From: Enterobacteria phage IME177
Strand: one strand, 5' to 3'
Sequence record: MZ398247.1
Length of the DNA stretch: 39,224 nt
Shown here: positions 1 to 8,893 of the stretch, in pieces
Layout: each line of letters begins with the position of its first letter
How positions within the stretch are numbered: the first letter of the stretch is position 1
Made by a program: the position numbers and the translations under genes
Notes under the pieces: generated by a model
Database searches by the model: none
What the model was told of the DNA's origin: nothing
The model's input: only the letters and a program-made list of their open reading frames with translations

Positions 1-1228
1 TGGAGTCCCAATTTTCCGTGACCTAGCCTTCCGTAACAAGAAGGTTGGGGCCTCAGAGATTAAGGACCTGCACAATGTTATCTTCGGTAAGGAACTGGAT
101 GACTCAATCCGTCCGTCTAAACAGGATGTCATTGACCGTCTGCGATCTTACAGTGACCTCGGTCGTGGTACAGCTACAGCTCTGGGGACTGCCAAGTATT
201 ACACTGGCGAACTTGCAGTACGCTCTCCGTTCACTAAACTCCTCAACGGTACGACCAACTACCTGTTAGATGCTGGACGTCAAGGCTTCCTGTCTGACAT
301 CGTGGAGCATAGCCTGACTGGTAGTAAGCGTAAGTTCGATGACCGCTGGCTTAAGACCGCTGGTATCTCTGACGAGCAGTGGAAGGGCATTAAGTCCCTC
401 ATCCGTGAGTCAGTGACTCGTGGTCCAGACGGGAAGTACACCATCAAGGATAAGAAGGCGTTCAGTCAGGACCCAAGGGCTATGGACCTGTGGCGTATGG
501 GTGACACCATCGCAGATGAAACGTTACTCCGTCCTCATAAGCTGTCCAACATGGACGCCAAGGCTTATGGTCCTCTCGCTAAGACTGTCCTTCAGTTTAA
601 GAACTTCGTCATCAAGTCCATCAATGGTCGAACCATGCGAACATTCTATAACGCCACGAAGAACAACCGAGCGATGGACGCTGCACTGTCTACTGTGATG
701 TCTATGGGTCTGGCTGGTATCTACTACATGGCTCAGGCGCACGTCAAGGCTTACGCTATGCAGGACGGTCGAGACCGAGATTATCTCAAGCAAGCTCTGG
801 ACCCAACGATGATTGCCTATGCGGCCCTGTCCCGTAGTTCACATCTGGGTGGACCACTTGGGGTAGCTAACATTCTAGGTGGCATCGCTGGGTATGAGGA
901 CACTAAGATGCTCCGTTCGTCTATCCTCCCGCGTTCACCTACAGAGAAACCCGAACGTGCCATCTCATATGGTGCGGCTACAAGTGACCCTGTGATGAAT
1001 GTCGTTGGTAACTTCTTGGAGCAGGTCCCGGCTTTCGGCTATGCTGCTAACGTTGGAGCTTCGGCATACAACTTGGCTGGCTACCTCAAGGCTGATACTC
1101 GTGTCAACGAGCGGGACTACATGACCGGGATGTATAATACGTTCCGTGAACTGGTTCCGAACGACCCGATTACTCAGAAGTTGCTACTGGGAACGTTTGA
1201 GGAGCAAGGTATCCACATCAAGGACTAA
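1..1228 (+). CDS. gp16: internal virion protein D (gp16), C-terminal part; 5' part of the same gene is at 36505-39224 (circular permutation)
   Basis: Frame beginning at nt 2 is open from the window start to the stop at 1226-1228. Translation (GVPIFRD...LLNGTTNYLLDAGRQG...SRSS...NDPITQKLL) is colinear with the C-terminal third of T7 gp16 as recalled. Window end ca + base 1 t completes a His codon. Confidence 0.9.
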   Translation, partial: GVPIFRDLAFRNKKVGASEIKDLHNVIFGKELDDSIRPSKQDVIDRLRSYSDLGRGTATALGTAKYYTGELAVRSPFTKLLNGTTNYLLDAGRQGFLSDIVEHSLTGSKRKFDDRWLKTAGISDEQWKGIKSLIRESVTRGPDGKYTIKDKKAFSQDPRAMDLWRMGDTIADETLLRPHKLSNMDAKAYGPLAKTVLQFKNFVIKSINGRTMRTFYNATKNNRAMDAALSTVMSMGLAGIYYMAQAHVKAYAMQDGRDRDYLKQALDPTMIAYAALSRSSHLGGPLGVANILGGIAGYEDTKMLRSSILPRSPTEKPERAISYGAATSDPVMNVVGNFLEQVPAFGYAANVGASAYNLAGYLKADTRVNERDYMTGMYNTFRELVPNDPITQKLLLGTFEEQGIHIKD

Positions 1229-1246
1229 ACTATCACTATAGGAAAC
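1224..1246 (+). promoter_or_regulatory. phage RNA polymerase promoter (phi17-like), predicted +1 at 1241
   Basis: actaaactatcactataggaaac; TCACTATAGG core identical to T7 class III promoters; 50 nt upstream of the tail fibre gene. Confidence 0.8.
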
Positions 1247-1292
1247 TGGAGGCGCTACCATAGGTCTCCGTTTAAATAACAAAGGAGGCATA

Positions 1293-3824
1293 ATGTCCAC
1301 GATTACACAATTCCCTACAGGAAACACTCAGTACAGGATTGAGTTCGACTACCTAGCCAGAACGTTTGTTGTTGTTACGCTGGTGAATAGCTCTAACCCT
1401 ACCCTGAACCGTGTACTGGAAGTTGGTCGAGATTACCGATTCCTTAATCCAACGATGGTTGAGATGTTGGTTGACCAATCAGGTTTCGACATCGTTCGCA
1501 TTCACCGTCAGACTGGAACTGACTTAGTGGTAGACTTCAGGAATGGCTCAGTGTTGACAGCTAGTGACCTGACCAATTCAGAGCTTCAGGCTATCCATAT
1601 TGCAGAAGAAGGTCGAGACCAAACGGTTGACTTAGCGAAGGAATATGCCGATGCTGCTGGTAGCTCTGCTGGCAACGCTAAGGATAGCGAGGACGAAGCA
1701 CGCCGAATCGCTGCGAGTATCAGGGAAGCTGGTCTAATTGGCTATATTACCCGTCGCTCCTTCGAGAAAGGCTACAACGTTACAACATGGAGCGAGGTCC
1801 TGCTATGGGAAGAGGATGGTGATTATTACCGCTGGGATGGTACGCTTCCAAAGAGTGTTCCTGCTGGTTCAACTCCTGAAACTTCCGGTGGGATTGGATT
1901 AGGTGCGTGGGTTAGTGTTGGTGATGCTGCTTTAAGAAGTCAGATTTCAAACCCGGAAGGGGCAATACTCTACCCGGAATTGCAGATGGCAAGATGGCGT
2001 GATGAGGGTGATGTTCGAGGCTGGGGTGCTAAAGGGGATGGTGTAACAGATAGTACGGAGAATATAGCCGCTTCACTAAATTCTCAAAAAGCTGTCGTAG
2101 CATCAGAAGGTGTATTCTCTAGTTCTGGTATTAATAGTGATTACTGTAACTTAGACGGTAGAGGCAGTGGGGTGCTAAGTCACCGTTCCAGTACAGGTAA
2201 CTACTTAGTATTTAACAATCCACGTACAGGTCGCTTAAGTAATATTACGGTAGAAAGTAATAAGGCGACGGATACCACTCAGGGACAGCAGGTATCTCTT
2301 GCTGGTGGCAGTGATGTTACGGTAAGTGACGTTAACTTCTCAAACGTTAAAGGTACTGGTTTCAGTTTAATCGCATACCCTAATGATGCGCCACCTGATG
2401 GGCTTATGATTAAAGGCATTCGAGGTAGCTATTCCGGCTATGCCACTAATAAGGCGGCTGGATGCGTACTTGCTGACTCCTCAGTTAACTCCCTCATAGA
2501 TAACGTCATTGCTAAGAACTACCCTCAGTTCGGAGCTGTAGAGCTGAAAGGTACAGCCAGTTACAACATAGTTAGTAATGTTATAGGGACAGATTGCCAG
2601 CATGTAACCTACAACGGTACTGAAGGGTCAATAGCTCCTTCTAATAACCTTATCAAGGGGGTAGTTGCTAATAATCCTAAATATGCAGCGGTTGTTGCAG
2701 GCAAAGGTAGTACCAACTTAATCTCCGATGTGCTTGTAGATTTCTCAACCTCTGATGCTAGGCAGGCTCATGGTGTTACAGTAGAAGGTCCTGATAACGT
2801 CATAAATAATGTGCTTATGTCAGGGTGTGATGGTACTAACTCTTTAGGGCAAGCTCAAACTGCTACAATTGCACGCTTTATAGATACAGCTAATAACAAC
2901 TATGCGTCTGTATTTCCTAGCTACAGTGCTACAGGTGTTATTACTTTCGAATCAGGTTCTACCCGTAACTTCGTAGAGGTAAAGCATCCGGGAAGGAGAA
3001 ACGACCTTCTCAGTGCTACTGGTACTATTAGCGGTGCAGATACTATTGACGGCACTAATAATAGCAACGTAGTGCACGCCCCTGCATTAGGGCAGTACAT
3101 AGGCAGTATGTCCGGTAGGTTCGAATGGCGGATTAAGTCCATGTCACTTCCATCAGGGGTTCTTACCTCTGCGGATAAGTACAGGATGCTTGCCGATGGG
3201 GCTGTGTCATTAGCTGTAGGCGGAGGTACTTCTTCTCAAGTACGCCTGTTCACTTCTGACGGCACTTATAGGAATATATCACTTACTAGCGGTAACGTGC
3301 GTCTTCCTACCAGTAGCACAGGTTATTTGCAGTTAGGTTCTAATGCAATGACCCCAGATAGTACTAATACATACGCATTAGGTTCCGCAAGTCGAGCATG
3401 GTCTGGCGGTTTTACTCAATCAGCATTCACTGTTGTCTCAGATGCTAGGGATAAAACAGAGCCTCTTAATATCTCAGATGCTTTACTGGATGCTTGGTCT
3501 GAAGTTGACTTTGTGCAGTTTCAGTACTTGGACCGAATTGAGGAGAAGGGTGCAGACTCAGCTAGATGGCACTTCGGCATCATCGCTCAGCGAGCTAAGG
3601 AGGCCTTCGAACGTCACGGTATAGATGCACACCGCTATGGCTTCCTGTGCTTCGACAGTTGGGATGATGTATACGAGGAAGATGCCAATGGCTCTCGTAA
3701 ACTGATTACACCAGCAGGTTCCCGCTACGGTATTCGTTACGAGGAAGTACTGATATTAGAGGCTGCGTTGATGCGGCGTACTATTAAGCGTATGCAGGAA
3801 GCATTAGCTGTTATGTCTAAGTGA
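1293..3824 (+). CDS. gp17: tail fibre / tailspike protein: T7 gp17-like N-terminal anchor + pectate-lyase-3-like beta-helix domain + C-terminal intramolecular chaperone (peptidase S74-like) domain
   Basis: 843-aa ORF with RBS aaaggagg. N-terminus (EFDYLARTFVVVTL...HIAEEGRD) resembles T7 gp17 N-terminal domain; WGAKGDGVTDSTENIAASL is the hallmark start of pectate-lyase-3 beta-helix domains; C-terminus carries SDARDK...RWHFGIIAQRAKEAF, the pattern of self-cleaving chaperone domains of phage tailspikes. Confidence 0.88.
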   Translation: MSTITQFPTGNTQYRIEFDYLARTFVVVTLVNSSNPTLNRVLEVGRDYRFLNPTMVEMLVDQSGFDIVRIHRQTGTDLVVDFRNGSVLTASDLTNSELQAIHIAEEGRDQTVDLAKEYADAAGSSAGNAKDSEDEARRIAASIREAGLIGYITRRSFEKGYNVTTWSEVLLWEEDGDYYRWDGTLPKSVPAGSTPETSGGIGLGAWVSVGDAALRSQISNPEGAILYPELQMARWRDEGDVRGWGAKGDGVTDSTENIAASLNSQKAVVASEGVFSSSGINSDYCNLDGRGSGVLSHRSSTGNYLVFNNPRTGRLSNITVESNKATDTTQGQQVSLAGGSDVTVSDVNFSNVKGTGFSLIAYPNDAPPDGLMIKGIRGSYSGYATNKAAGCVLADSSVNSLIDNVIAKNYPQFGAVELKGTASYNIVSNVIGTDCQHVTYNGTEGSIAPSNNLIKGVVANNPKYAAVVAGKGSTNLISDVLVDFSTSDARQAHGVTVEGPDNVINNVLMSGCDGTNSLGQAQTATIARFIDTANNNYASVFPSYSATGVITFESGSTRNFVEVKHPGRRNDLLSATGTISGADTIDGTNNSNVVHAPALGQYIGSMSGRFEWRIKSMSLPSGVLTSADKYRMLADGAVSLAVGGGTSSQVRLFTSDGTYRNISLTSGNVRLPTSSTGYLQLGSNAMTPDSTNTYALGSASRAWSGGFTQSAFTVVSDARDKTEPLNISDALLDAWSEVDFVQFQYLDRIEEKGADSARWHFGIIAQRAKEAFERHGIDAHRYGFLCFDSWDDVYEEDANGSRKLITPAGSRYGIRYEEVLILEAALMRRTIKRMQEALAVMSK

Positions 3825-3928
3825 GTAATACTGGTACGGTATTTTCTCACAATGAAATCGTTGAACACGCTAACCAACGTATGTAACAACTTTGGGTCAC
3901 GGACGACCCGCTTTAAACTGGAGGTTTT

Positions 3929-4123
3929 ATGATTGAGTTAGACTTCAAGAATGAGGTCCTTAAAGCCTCTCCTATCGTCGGGACCGCTGCGGCTGATGGT
4001 GCCAGTCGGTTCTTCTTCGGACTTACACTAAACGAATGGTTCTACGTTGCAGCTATCGCGTACACCGTTGTCCAGATTGGTGTGCTAGTCTACAAAACGA
4101 TTAAAGGAGGTGGTAAAACATGA
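3929..4123 (+). CDS. gp17.5: holin (T7 gp17.5-like)
   Basis: 64 aa, one TM segment, ...PIVGTAAADGASRFFFGLTLNEWFYVAAIAYTVVQIG closely matches T7 gp17.5 as recalled; RBS ctggagg. Confidence 0.85.
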   Translation: MIELDFKNEVLKASPIVGTAAADGASRFFFGLTLNEWFYVAAIAYTVVQIGVLVYKTIKGGGKT

Positions 4124-4383
4124 CGCAGATGGACTTAGAGAAGTTCCTCTTAATGCTAGATACTGAACGTGCTCGACTCATGCTGCAAGACCTGCGGGAT
4201 GACACTAAGCGTTCACCCCAGCTTTACAACGCCATTGAGAAGCTACTGGCTCGTCACAACTTTGTGTTAAGCAAGGTGTCCGTGGACGAGAAGACGCTGG
4301 CTGATATGGAGGCCCTGAACGCAGAGTACGATAAGGTGCTTTCAGCGACTGAGGATAATGACACCGGGTATGGTGTTCAATAA
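4120..4383 (+). CDS. gp18: terminase small subunit (gp18-like)
   Basis: 87 aa, start overlaps holin stop (ATGA); ...RSPQLYNAIEKLLARH matches T7 gp18 pattern; position upstream of large terminase. Confidence 0.8.
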   Translation: MTQMDLEKFLLMLDTERARLMLQDLRDDTKRSPQLYNAIEKLLARHNFVLSKVSVDEKTLADMEALNAEYDKVLSATEDNDTGYGVQ

Positions 4384-4387
4384 GTGT

Positions 4388-4437
4388 TAGACTCAAGGTC
4401 ATTACTGTATGTAGTGGCCTTTATGGTTAACACTAAC
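4388..4437 (+). promoter_or_regulatory. conserved hairpin element, candidate RNase III processing site (copy 1 of 3)
   Basis: tagactcaaggtcattactgtatgtagtggcctttatggttaacactaac; AAGGUCA pairs with UGGCCUU; near-identical copies at 12871-12920 and 20265-20312. Confidence 0.5.
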
Positions 4438-4484
4438 TAGTGGAGGCGACTCTACGTGAAATCTGATAAACCGGGAGGGCAACT

Positions 4485-4919
4485 ATGCTCGAATTTTTAA
4501 AGAGAGCGGCTCCGTGGCTACTTGCAGCAGTGATGTTTGCTGGTGGCTACCACACCGCTAACAATAAGTGGGAGGCTAAAGTAAATGAAGAATACATCAC
4601 GAAACTTGAGGCACGAGAGAGTCAACGAACTGCTATCCAAGCACGAGTCGATGAAGTCTCAGCGGAGTGGCAGGACAAGATGTCCTCGCTGGAAGGCTCT
4701 ACTGATAGGATTATTAATGACCTTAACCGCGATAACAAGCGGCTGCTCGTCAAAGTCAAGACCTCAGGTCTCAGCGAGCCAGATTACAGTCGATGCTTCC
4801 CTAATGGTAGAGTCGAACTACACCCAGAAACTTCTAAAAGTCTTATCCGAATAACGCAAGAAGCTGACCTTAAGGAGAAAGCTCTACAGGAAACCATAAG
4901 GAGGTTGCGTGGCGAATAA
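4485..4919 (+). CDS. gp18.5: Rz-like i-spanin (gp18.5-like)
   Basis: 144 aa, N-terminal TM segment then coiled-coil-like charged sequence; Rz1-like ORF embedded in +1 frame; T7 gp18.5 position. Confidence 0.8.
   Translation: MLEFLKRAAPWLLAAVMFAGGYHTANNKWEAKVNEEYITKLEARESQRTAIQARVDEVSAEWQDKMSSLEGSTDRIINDLNRDNKRLLVKVKTSGLSEPDYSRCFPNGRVELHPETSKSLIRITQEADLKEKALQETIRRLRGE
4585..4854 (+). CDS. gp18.7: Rz1-like o-spanin lipoprotein embedded in the i-spanin gene (gp18.7-like); true start may be internal
   Basis: +1 frame ORF inside 4485-4919; ...[23 protein letters not shown] contains a lipobox (ITSGC) and resembles T7 gp18.7 as recalled. Confidence 0.6.
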   Translation: MKNTSRNLRHERVNELLSKHESMKSQRSGRTRCPRWKALLIGLLMTLTAITSGCSSKSRPQVSASQITVDASLMVESNYTQKLLKVLSE

Positions 4920-6678
4920 GAAAACACCTGCTGAAAGACAGGCAGAAATGACCCAAAGGATGAGGGATGACTTCGTGTTCTTCATCTTCGTTCTATGGAA
5001 AGCTCTGAGCCTTCCTGTTCCAACACGCTGCCAGATAGATATGTGTAAGAAGCTGGCGGCTGGAGATAATCGACGCTTCATCCTTCAAGCATTCCGTGGT
5101 ATTGGAAAGTCGTTCCTGACCTGTGGTTTCGTGGTCTGGAAGTTATGGAATAACCCGGACTTGAAGTTCATGATTGTGTCGGCCTCAAAGGAACGAGCTG
5201 ATGCTAACTCCATATTCATCAAGCGAATCATCGACCTCATGCCTCAGCTTCAGGAACTCAAACCTAAGCAAGGGCAGCGAGATGCGGTTATCAGCTTCGA
5301 CGTTGGACCAGCCAAGCCAGACCACTCACCTTCGGTTAAGTCCGTTGGTATCACTGGTCAGTTGACTGGTAGTCGTGCTGACATCCTGATTGCCGATGAC
5401 GTGGAGGTTCCAAACAACTCAGCGACTCAGGCTGCACGAGACCGCCTGTCAGAGCTTGTGAAAGAGTTCGACGCTATCCTGAAGCCGGGAGGTACAATCA
5501 TTTATCTGGGTACTCCTCAGAACGAGATGACCCTGTACCGTGAGTTGGAAGGTCGTGGGTACACCACTACTATCTGGCCTGCTCGTTATCCACGAGACAG
5601 AAAGGACTGGCAGTCTTACGGCGACCGTCTGGCACCGATGCTTCAGGCAGAGCTGGAAGAGGACCCTGAGTCCTTCTACTGGCGTCCGACCGATGAAGTA
5701 CGATTTGATGATACGGACCTGAAGGAACGTGAGCTGTCCTATGGTAAAGCTGGCTTCGCTCTACAGTTCATGCTTAACCCTAACCTGAGTGATGCTGAGA
5801 AGTACCCTCTGAAGCTCCGTGACCTTATCGTAGCCGACTTGGACCCAGCGTCTAGCCCAATGGTATACCAATGGCTTCCTAACCCTCAGAACAAGCGTGA
5901 GGACGTTCCTAACGTTGGACTCATGGGTGACTCATACCACACGTATCAGACTGTAGGTTCTGCCTTCAGTTCGTACACCCAGAAGATTCTGGTCATTGAC
6001 CCTAGTGGTCGTGGTAAAGATGAAACTGGTTATGCGGTACTGTCCCAGCTCAACGGCTACATCTTCGCTATGGAAGTTGGCGGTATGCGAGGTGGCTATG
6101 AAGACTCTACGCTGGAAGCCTTGGCTAAGATTGGTCGTAAGTGGAAGGTCAACGAATACGTCATTGAGGGTAACTTCGGTGATGGTATGTACCTTGAGCT
6201 ATTCAAGCCTGTAGCTTCCCGTATTCATCCTGCTGCTGTAACTGAAGTGAAGAGTAAGGGTCAGAAGGAACTCCGCATCTGTGACGTTCTGGAGCCTATC
6301 ATGGGGTCTCACCGACTTATCGTCAACGCTTCTGCTATCGTCCAAGACTACCAGACAGCCTCTGACAAGGATGGTGTGCGTAACCCTATCTACTCTCTCT
6401 TCTATCAGATGACCCGTATCTCTCGTGAACGTGGAGCACTGGCACACGATGACCGACTTGATGCGCTGGCTATCGGTGTACAGTTCTTCGTTGAGTCTAT
6501 GGCTAAGGATGCCAACAAAGGCGAACGTGAAGTCACTGAGGAGTGGCTGGAGGAACAGATGGAGAACCCACGGAAAGGCTTCGAGTCCATCCACACTGAG
6601 TTCTGGGACAATGGGGTCCGGGTAACTCACGATACGGACGACGAGCTGGGGCTAGGGTCCTACGTTACGTTCCACTAG
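4909..6678 (+). CDS. gp19: terminase large subunit (gp19-like), probable GTG start
   Basis: 589 aa; RBS ataaggagg; ...[13 protein letters not shown]..., [40 protein letters not shown] colinear with T7 gp19 as recalled. Confidence 0.93.
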   Translation: MANKKTPAERQAEMTQRMRDDFVFFIFVLWKALSLPVPTRCQIDMCKKLAAGDNRRFILQAFRGIGKSFLTCGFVVWKLWNNPDLKFMIVSASKERADANSIFIKRIIDLMPQLQELKPKQGQRDAVISFDVGPAKPDHSPSVKSVGITGQLTGSRADILIADDVEVPNNSATQAARDRLSELVKEFDAILKPGGTIIYLGTPQNEMTLYRELEGRGYTTTIWPARYPRDRKDWQSYGDRLAPMLQAELEEDPESFYWRPTDEVRFDDTDLKERELSYGKAGFALQFMLNPNLSDAEKYPLKLRDLIVADLDPASSPMVYQWLPNPQNKREDVPNVGLMGDSYHTYQTVGSAFSSYTQKILVIDPSGRGKDETGYAVLSQLNGYIFAMEVGGMRGGYEDSTLEALAKIGRKWKVNEYVIEGNFGDGMYLELFKPVASRIHPAAVTEVKSKGQKELRICDVLEPIMGSHRLIVNASAIVQDYQTASDKDGVRNPIYSLFYQMTRISRERGALAHDDRLDALAIGVQFFVESMAKDANKGEREVTEEWLEEQMENPRKGFESIHTEFWDNGVRVTHDTDDELGLGSYVTFH

Positions 6679-6772
6679 CTGAGTGAATAACTATGGGTGA
6701 AAGCTGCATGAATACGCAGTTAGTAACCTATAGTTACTACCAGTCTAACCTACTGTTTTATAAGGAGTTTAG

Positions 6773-6795
6773 ACTTAACTATCACTATAGGGAAG
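6773..6795 (+). promoter_or_regulatory. phage RNA polymerase promoter (phiOR-like), predicted +1 at 6790
   Basis: acttaactatcactatagggaag downstream of the large terminase gene, the position of T7 phiOR. Confidence 0.8.
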
Positions 6796-6854
6796 ACCCC
6801 CGGTTACTTATAGTATTACTGTAGTGAATATACATATGCAGACTTTATGCAAGA

Positions 6855-6931
6855 CCTTAGGAGGCAGACTCCGAGTTCTTACCTAAGGCTTGCACCGATG
6901 GAAGGAGGGTGATATTAATCATAATCCCTCC
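6855..6931 (+). promoter_or_regulatory. two hairpins downstream of phiOR-like promoter (7-bp IR ccttagg/cctaagg; 6-bp IR ggaggg/ccctcc around a palindromic AT-rich loop)
   Basis: Inverted repeats 6855-6861/6882-6888 and 6904-6909/6926-6931 read directly from the sequence; region corresponds to the T7 right-end packaging/junction region. Confidence 0.4.
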
Positions 6932-6975
6932 AATACAGATAGTCACCGACCATAGATACAGGAGGTATGTAGCAT

Positions 6976-7134
6976 ATGGCAAAGACCAAAGCTGTACTTA
7001 AAGCTCTGGCGACCAATCGAGCTACATACAGGTTTCTTGCTGCTGTTCTACTTGCTGCTGGCGTTACTGCTGGAAGTAAGTGGGTCGGGTGGGTCGAGAC
7101 TCTCGTATGTTCTCTGGTGTCTCAGTGTAATTAA
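6976..7134 (+). CDS. small hydrophobic protein (gp19.5-position ORF)
   Basis: 52-codon ORF with strong RBS caggagg 8 nt upstream; hydrophobic core LAAVLLAAGVTAG; last ORF before the genome-end region. Below the 60-aa cutoff of the ORF track. Confidence 0.45.
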   Translation: MAKTKAVLKALATNRATYRFLAAVLLAAGVTAGSKWVGWVETLVCSLVSQCN

Positions 7135-7167
7135 CGCAATCATGGTAACGATTCATGAGCGGAAGAC

Positions 7168-7210
7168 CTAAGGTCAGTACGTGGATAAAGACTCACTCTA
7201 CTGACCTTAG
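7168..7210 (+). promoter_or_regulatory. perfect 12-bp inverted repeat (ctaaggtcagta / tactgaccttag) with 19-nt loop
   Basis: Read directly; lies in non-coding DNA between the last late gene and the putative terminal repeat. Confidence 0.4.
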
Positions 7211-7372
7211 CTACTGTAGTCAAGGACTTTAGGTAACACCTTAATAGAAGCTCACCTAGGGTCATCCTACTTATTGGTCTATCCTAGTGTCGCCTGACCT
7301 ACGGTCCTTGACCTACAGTAGCTGCCACCTACGGTCACTCGATGAGTTTTGGACCAAAAGTTTGAGACCACA

Positions 7373-7590
7373 TCTCACAGTTCAAGAACCTCAAGTCTCC
7401 CCATAGGCCCTCTTTAAGTCCAGACCAAAGGCCCTACCCGTTACTGCTCCTTGCAGTCACAGCCAGTCTATCATAAGGTTAGACCGATGGTCAAGACGTT
7501 AGGTCAACTATAGGTCTAGGCTATGGCTGGAGGTCAGGACGATAGGTAGGGACTATGGGTCTGTCTCTGAGTCTCTATCTGTATAACCAT
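7373..7590 (+). repeat. probable direct terminal repeat / physical genome end region (single copy in this permuted assembly); boundaries approximate
   Basis: tctcacagttcaagaacctcaagtctccccatagg resembles the T7 left end (TCTCACAGTGTACGGACCTAAAGTTCCCCCATAGGGGG as recalled); flanked on both sides by ACCTAC(A/G)GT short repeats, as the T7 terminal repeat is flanked by CCTAAAG-type repeats. Confidence 0.4.
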
Positions 7591-7593
7591 AGG

Positions 7594-7623
7594 TCCTACA
7601 ACCTACAGTCCTACAACCTACAG
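7594..7623 (+). repeat. perfect tandem direct repeat, 15 bp x 2 (tcctacaacctacag), part of an array of ACCTAC(A/G)GT motifs (also 7305-7345, 7630-7670)
   Basis: Exact repeat read from the sequence; at least 7 copies of the core motif between 7305 and 7670. Confidence 0.7.
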
Positions 7624-7794
7624 TCTAACTAACCTACAGTATCAACCATAAGACACCAACACCTACGGTCATAGACCCACAGTTAATAGACACAAAGCTA
7701 TAGACTTGAGGTCAACGACATGTTAGTCAAAGACTATATCCTATTACACCATGGGGCCGACGATAGCTTAATCAATATTATTTAAGATTACCTA

Positions 7795-7823
7795 TTGACT
7801 ACAGGTCCAGACTATGGCTTAAT
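7795..7823 (+). promoter_or_regulatory. sigma70-type early promoter (A1-like): -35 TTGACT, 17-bp spacer, -10 CTTAAT
   Basis: ttgactacaggtccagactatggcttaat parallels T7 A1 (TTGACTtaaagtctaacctatagGATACT as recalled); downstream leader resembles the T7 A1-A2 interval. Confidence 0.45.
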
Positions 7824-7935
7824 AGCTTCCGTCAACACGACACGGCAACAACCGGATAGTGAAGACGCCGGGTCATCCCGGTTAAGTAGACAGCCTGATA
7901 AGTCATACGAACAACAGGCAGATGACAGAAAGTAG

Positions 7936-7965
7936 TTGACAAGATGTACCGACTTAAAGTAGTAT
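7936..7965 (+). promoter_or_regulatory. sigma70-type early promoter (A2/A3-like): -35 TTGACA, -10 TAGTAT
   Basis: ttgacaagatgtaccgacttaaagtagtatgtaccac parallels T7 A3 (TTGACAacatgaagtaaacacggTACGATgtaccac as recalled). Confidence 0.55.
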
Positions 7966-8173
7966 GTACCACATCAACACGAAACAACGGTGACGACCAA
8001 CACTGAAACGGTCTACCTGAAGTCCTCTGACTGAAGGGAATGCTCTTTAACAATCTGGATAAACTCTTAATGTGCGCCGACAGTGATTAACTACAGGGTC
8101 TTTGAGTCTACATCTGAAGGCCCTGACTGATAGTCACTAACATACACACAATTAACTTTGAGAGGATATAACT

Positions 8174-8677
8174 ATGGAACGTAACGCTAACGCATACTAT
8201 GAGCTGCTGGCTGCAACCGTTGAGGCATTTATCGAGCGTATTCAGTACGACCACCTGACTAAAGATGATGACTACAGCGATGCGCTGCATGAGGTCGTAG
8301 ACAGTCAGGTCCCGCTCTATTACCACGAGATTTTCACGGTGATGGCTGCTGATGGTATAGACCACGAGTTCGAAGACTCTGGGCTGATGCCTGAAACCAA
8401 GGACGTAACGCGTATCCTACAAGCTCGCATCTATGAGGCACTTTATAACGACGTGTCTAATAGCTTGGATGTAGTCTGGTTTGAGGATGAAGAGGCAGAC
8501 GAAGAGGATGAATATTGGGTAGTTGACGCTAAAACAGGCGCAATAATTGTGCAAGCTGTAGCTCTTGAGGTCGCTACTGCATGTGCCAAGGTCAACTATG
8601 TGATAGGTCGCCACCTGAAGGTGGAAGACATCAATGATAACGTAGTGTTCGACCCTGCGGCTGAGGACTGCGAGTGA
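8174..8677 (+). CDS. gp0.3: Ocr-like anti-restriction DNA-mimic protein (gp0.3-like) with an extra ~50-aa C-terminal extension
   Basis: 167 aa, first gene after the early promoters; [44 protein letters not shown] matches the core of T7 Ocr as recalled; highly acidic; T7 Ocr is 117 aa. Confidence 0.8.
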   Translation: MERNANAYYELLAATVEAFIERIQYDHLTKDDDYSDALHEVVDSQVPLYYHEIFTVMAADGIDHEFEDSGLMPETKDVTRILQARIYEALYNDVSNSLDVVWFEDEEADEEDEYWVVDAKTGAIIVQAVALEVATACAKVNYVIGRHLKVEDINDNVVFDPAAEDCE

Positions 8678-8893
8678 TGATAACTTACGGTTTATGCCAG
8701 CACCACGTCACCAACGCCCGGATTTTGGTCAAGACCGGGCGGTTAAACCACGAGGAGGCCATGCGTCTCTTGAAAGTGGTCTACAGGAGGCGCAAGCGCA
8801 TACACGACAGCCTACACGCTGAGTGATAAACGAGAGGTCATCTGACTGATAGGTGGCCTCAAAGATTATCACTTACATTGATAGGAGTTAACT

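Noticed and set aside
45-698. Alternative-frame + strand ORFs inside gp16 (45-269, 420-698) and similar internal ORFs in RNAP (11088-11543), SSB (16549-16764), primase (19013-19204, 19814-20113), DNA polymerase (21072-21266, 21627-21875)
   Set aside because: They are embedded out of frame within long conserved genes and lack ribosome-binding sites. The 19814-20113 ORF could in principle be an overlapping gene near the end of gene 4, but I cannot support it from sequence alone.
3825-3928. Terminator after the tail fibre gene (gggtcacggacgaccc)
   Set aside because: Only a 5-bp stem and no following U-tract; too weak to call.
6199-6630. 143-aa minus-strand ORF (and other minus-strand ORFs in the track, e.g. 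524-793, 9822-10290, 11407-11829, 15705-16115, 23792-24163)
   Set aside because: All lie antisense to well-supported + strand genes and lack start-site context; treated as spurious.
7571-7585. atctgta motif as a class II (pause/termination) signal for phage RNAP at the concatemer junction
   Set aside because: The T7 signal as I recall it is ATCTGTT followed by a U-rich run; here the motif is atctgtataacc without the T run, so I cannot support the call.
7305-7670. Short direct repeats as a possible CRISPR array
   Set aside because: Units are 8-15 bp, irregularly spaced and without unique spacers or adjacent cas genes; they match the repeat arrays that flank T7-type genome ends.
7990-8110. 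RNase III site R0.3 equivalent in the early leader (gctctttaacaatctgg region)
   Set aside because: The sequence resembles the T7 leader upstream of gene 0.3 from memory, but I cannot define a convincing stem-loop by eye; left unannotated.
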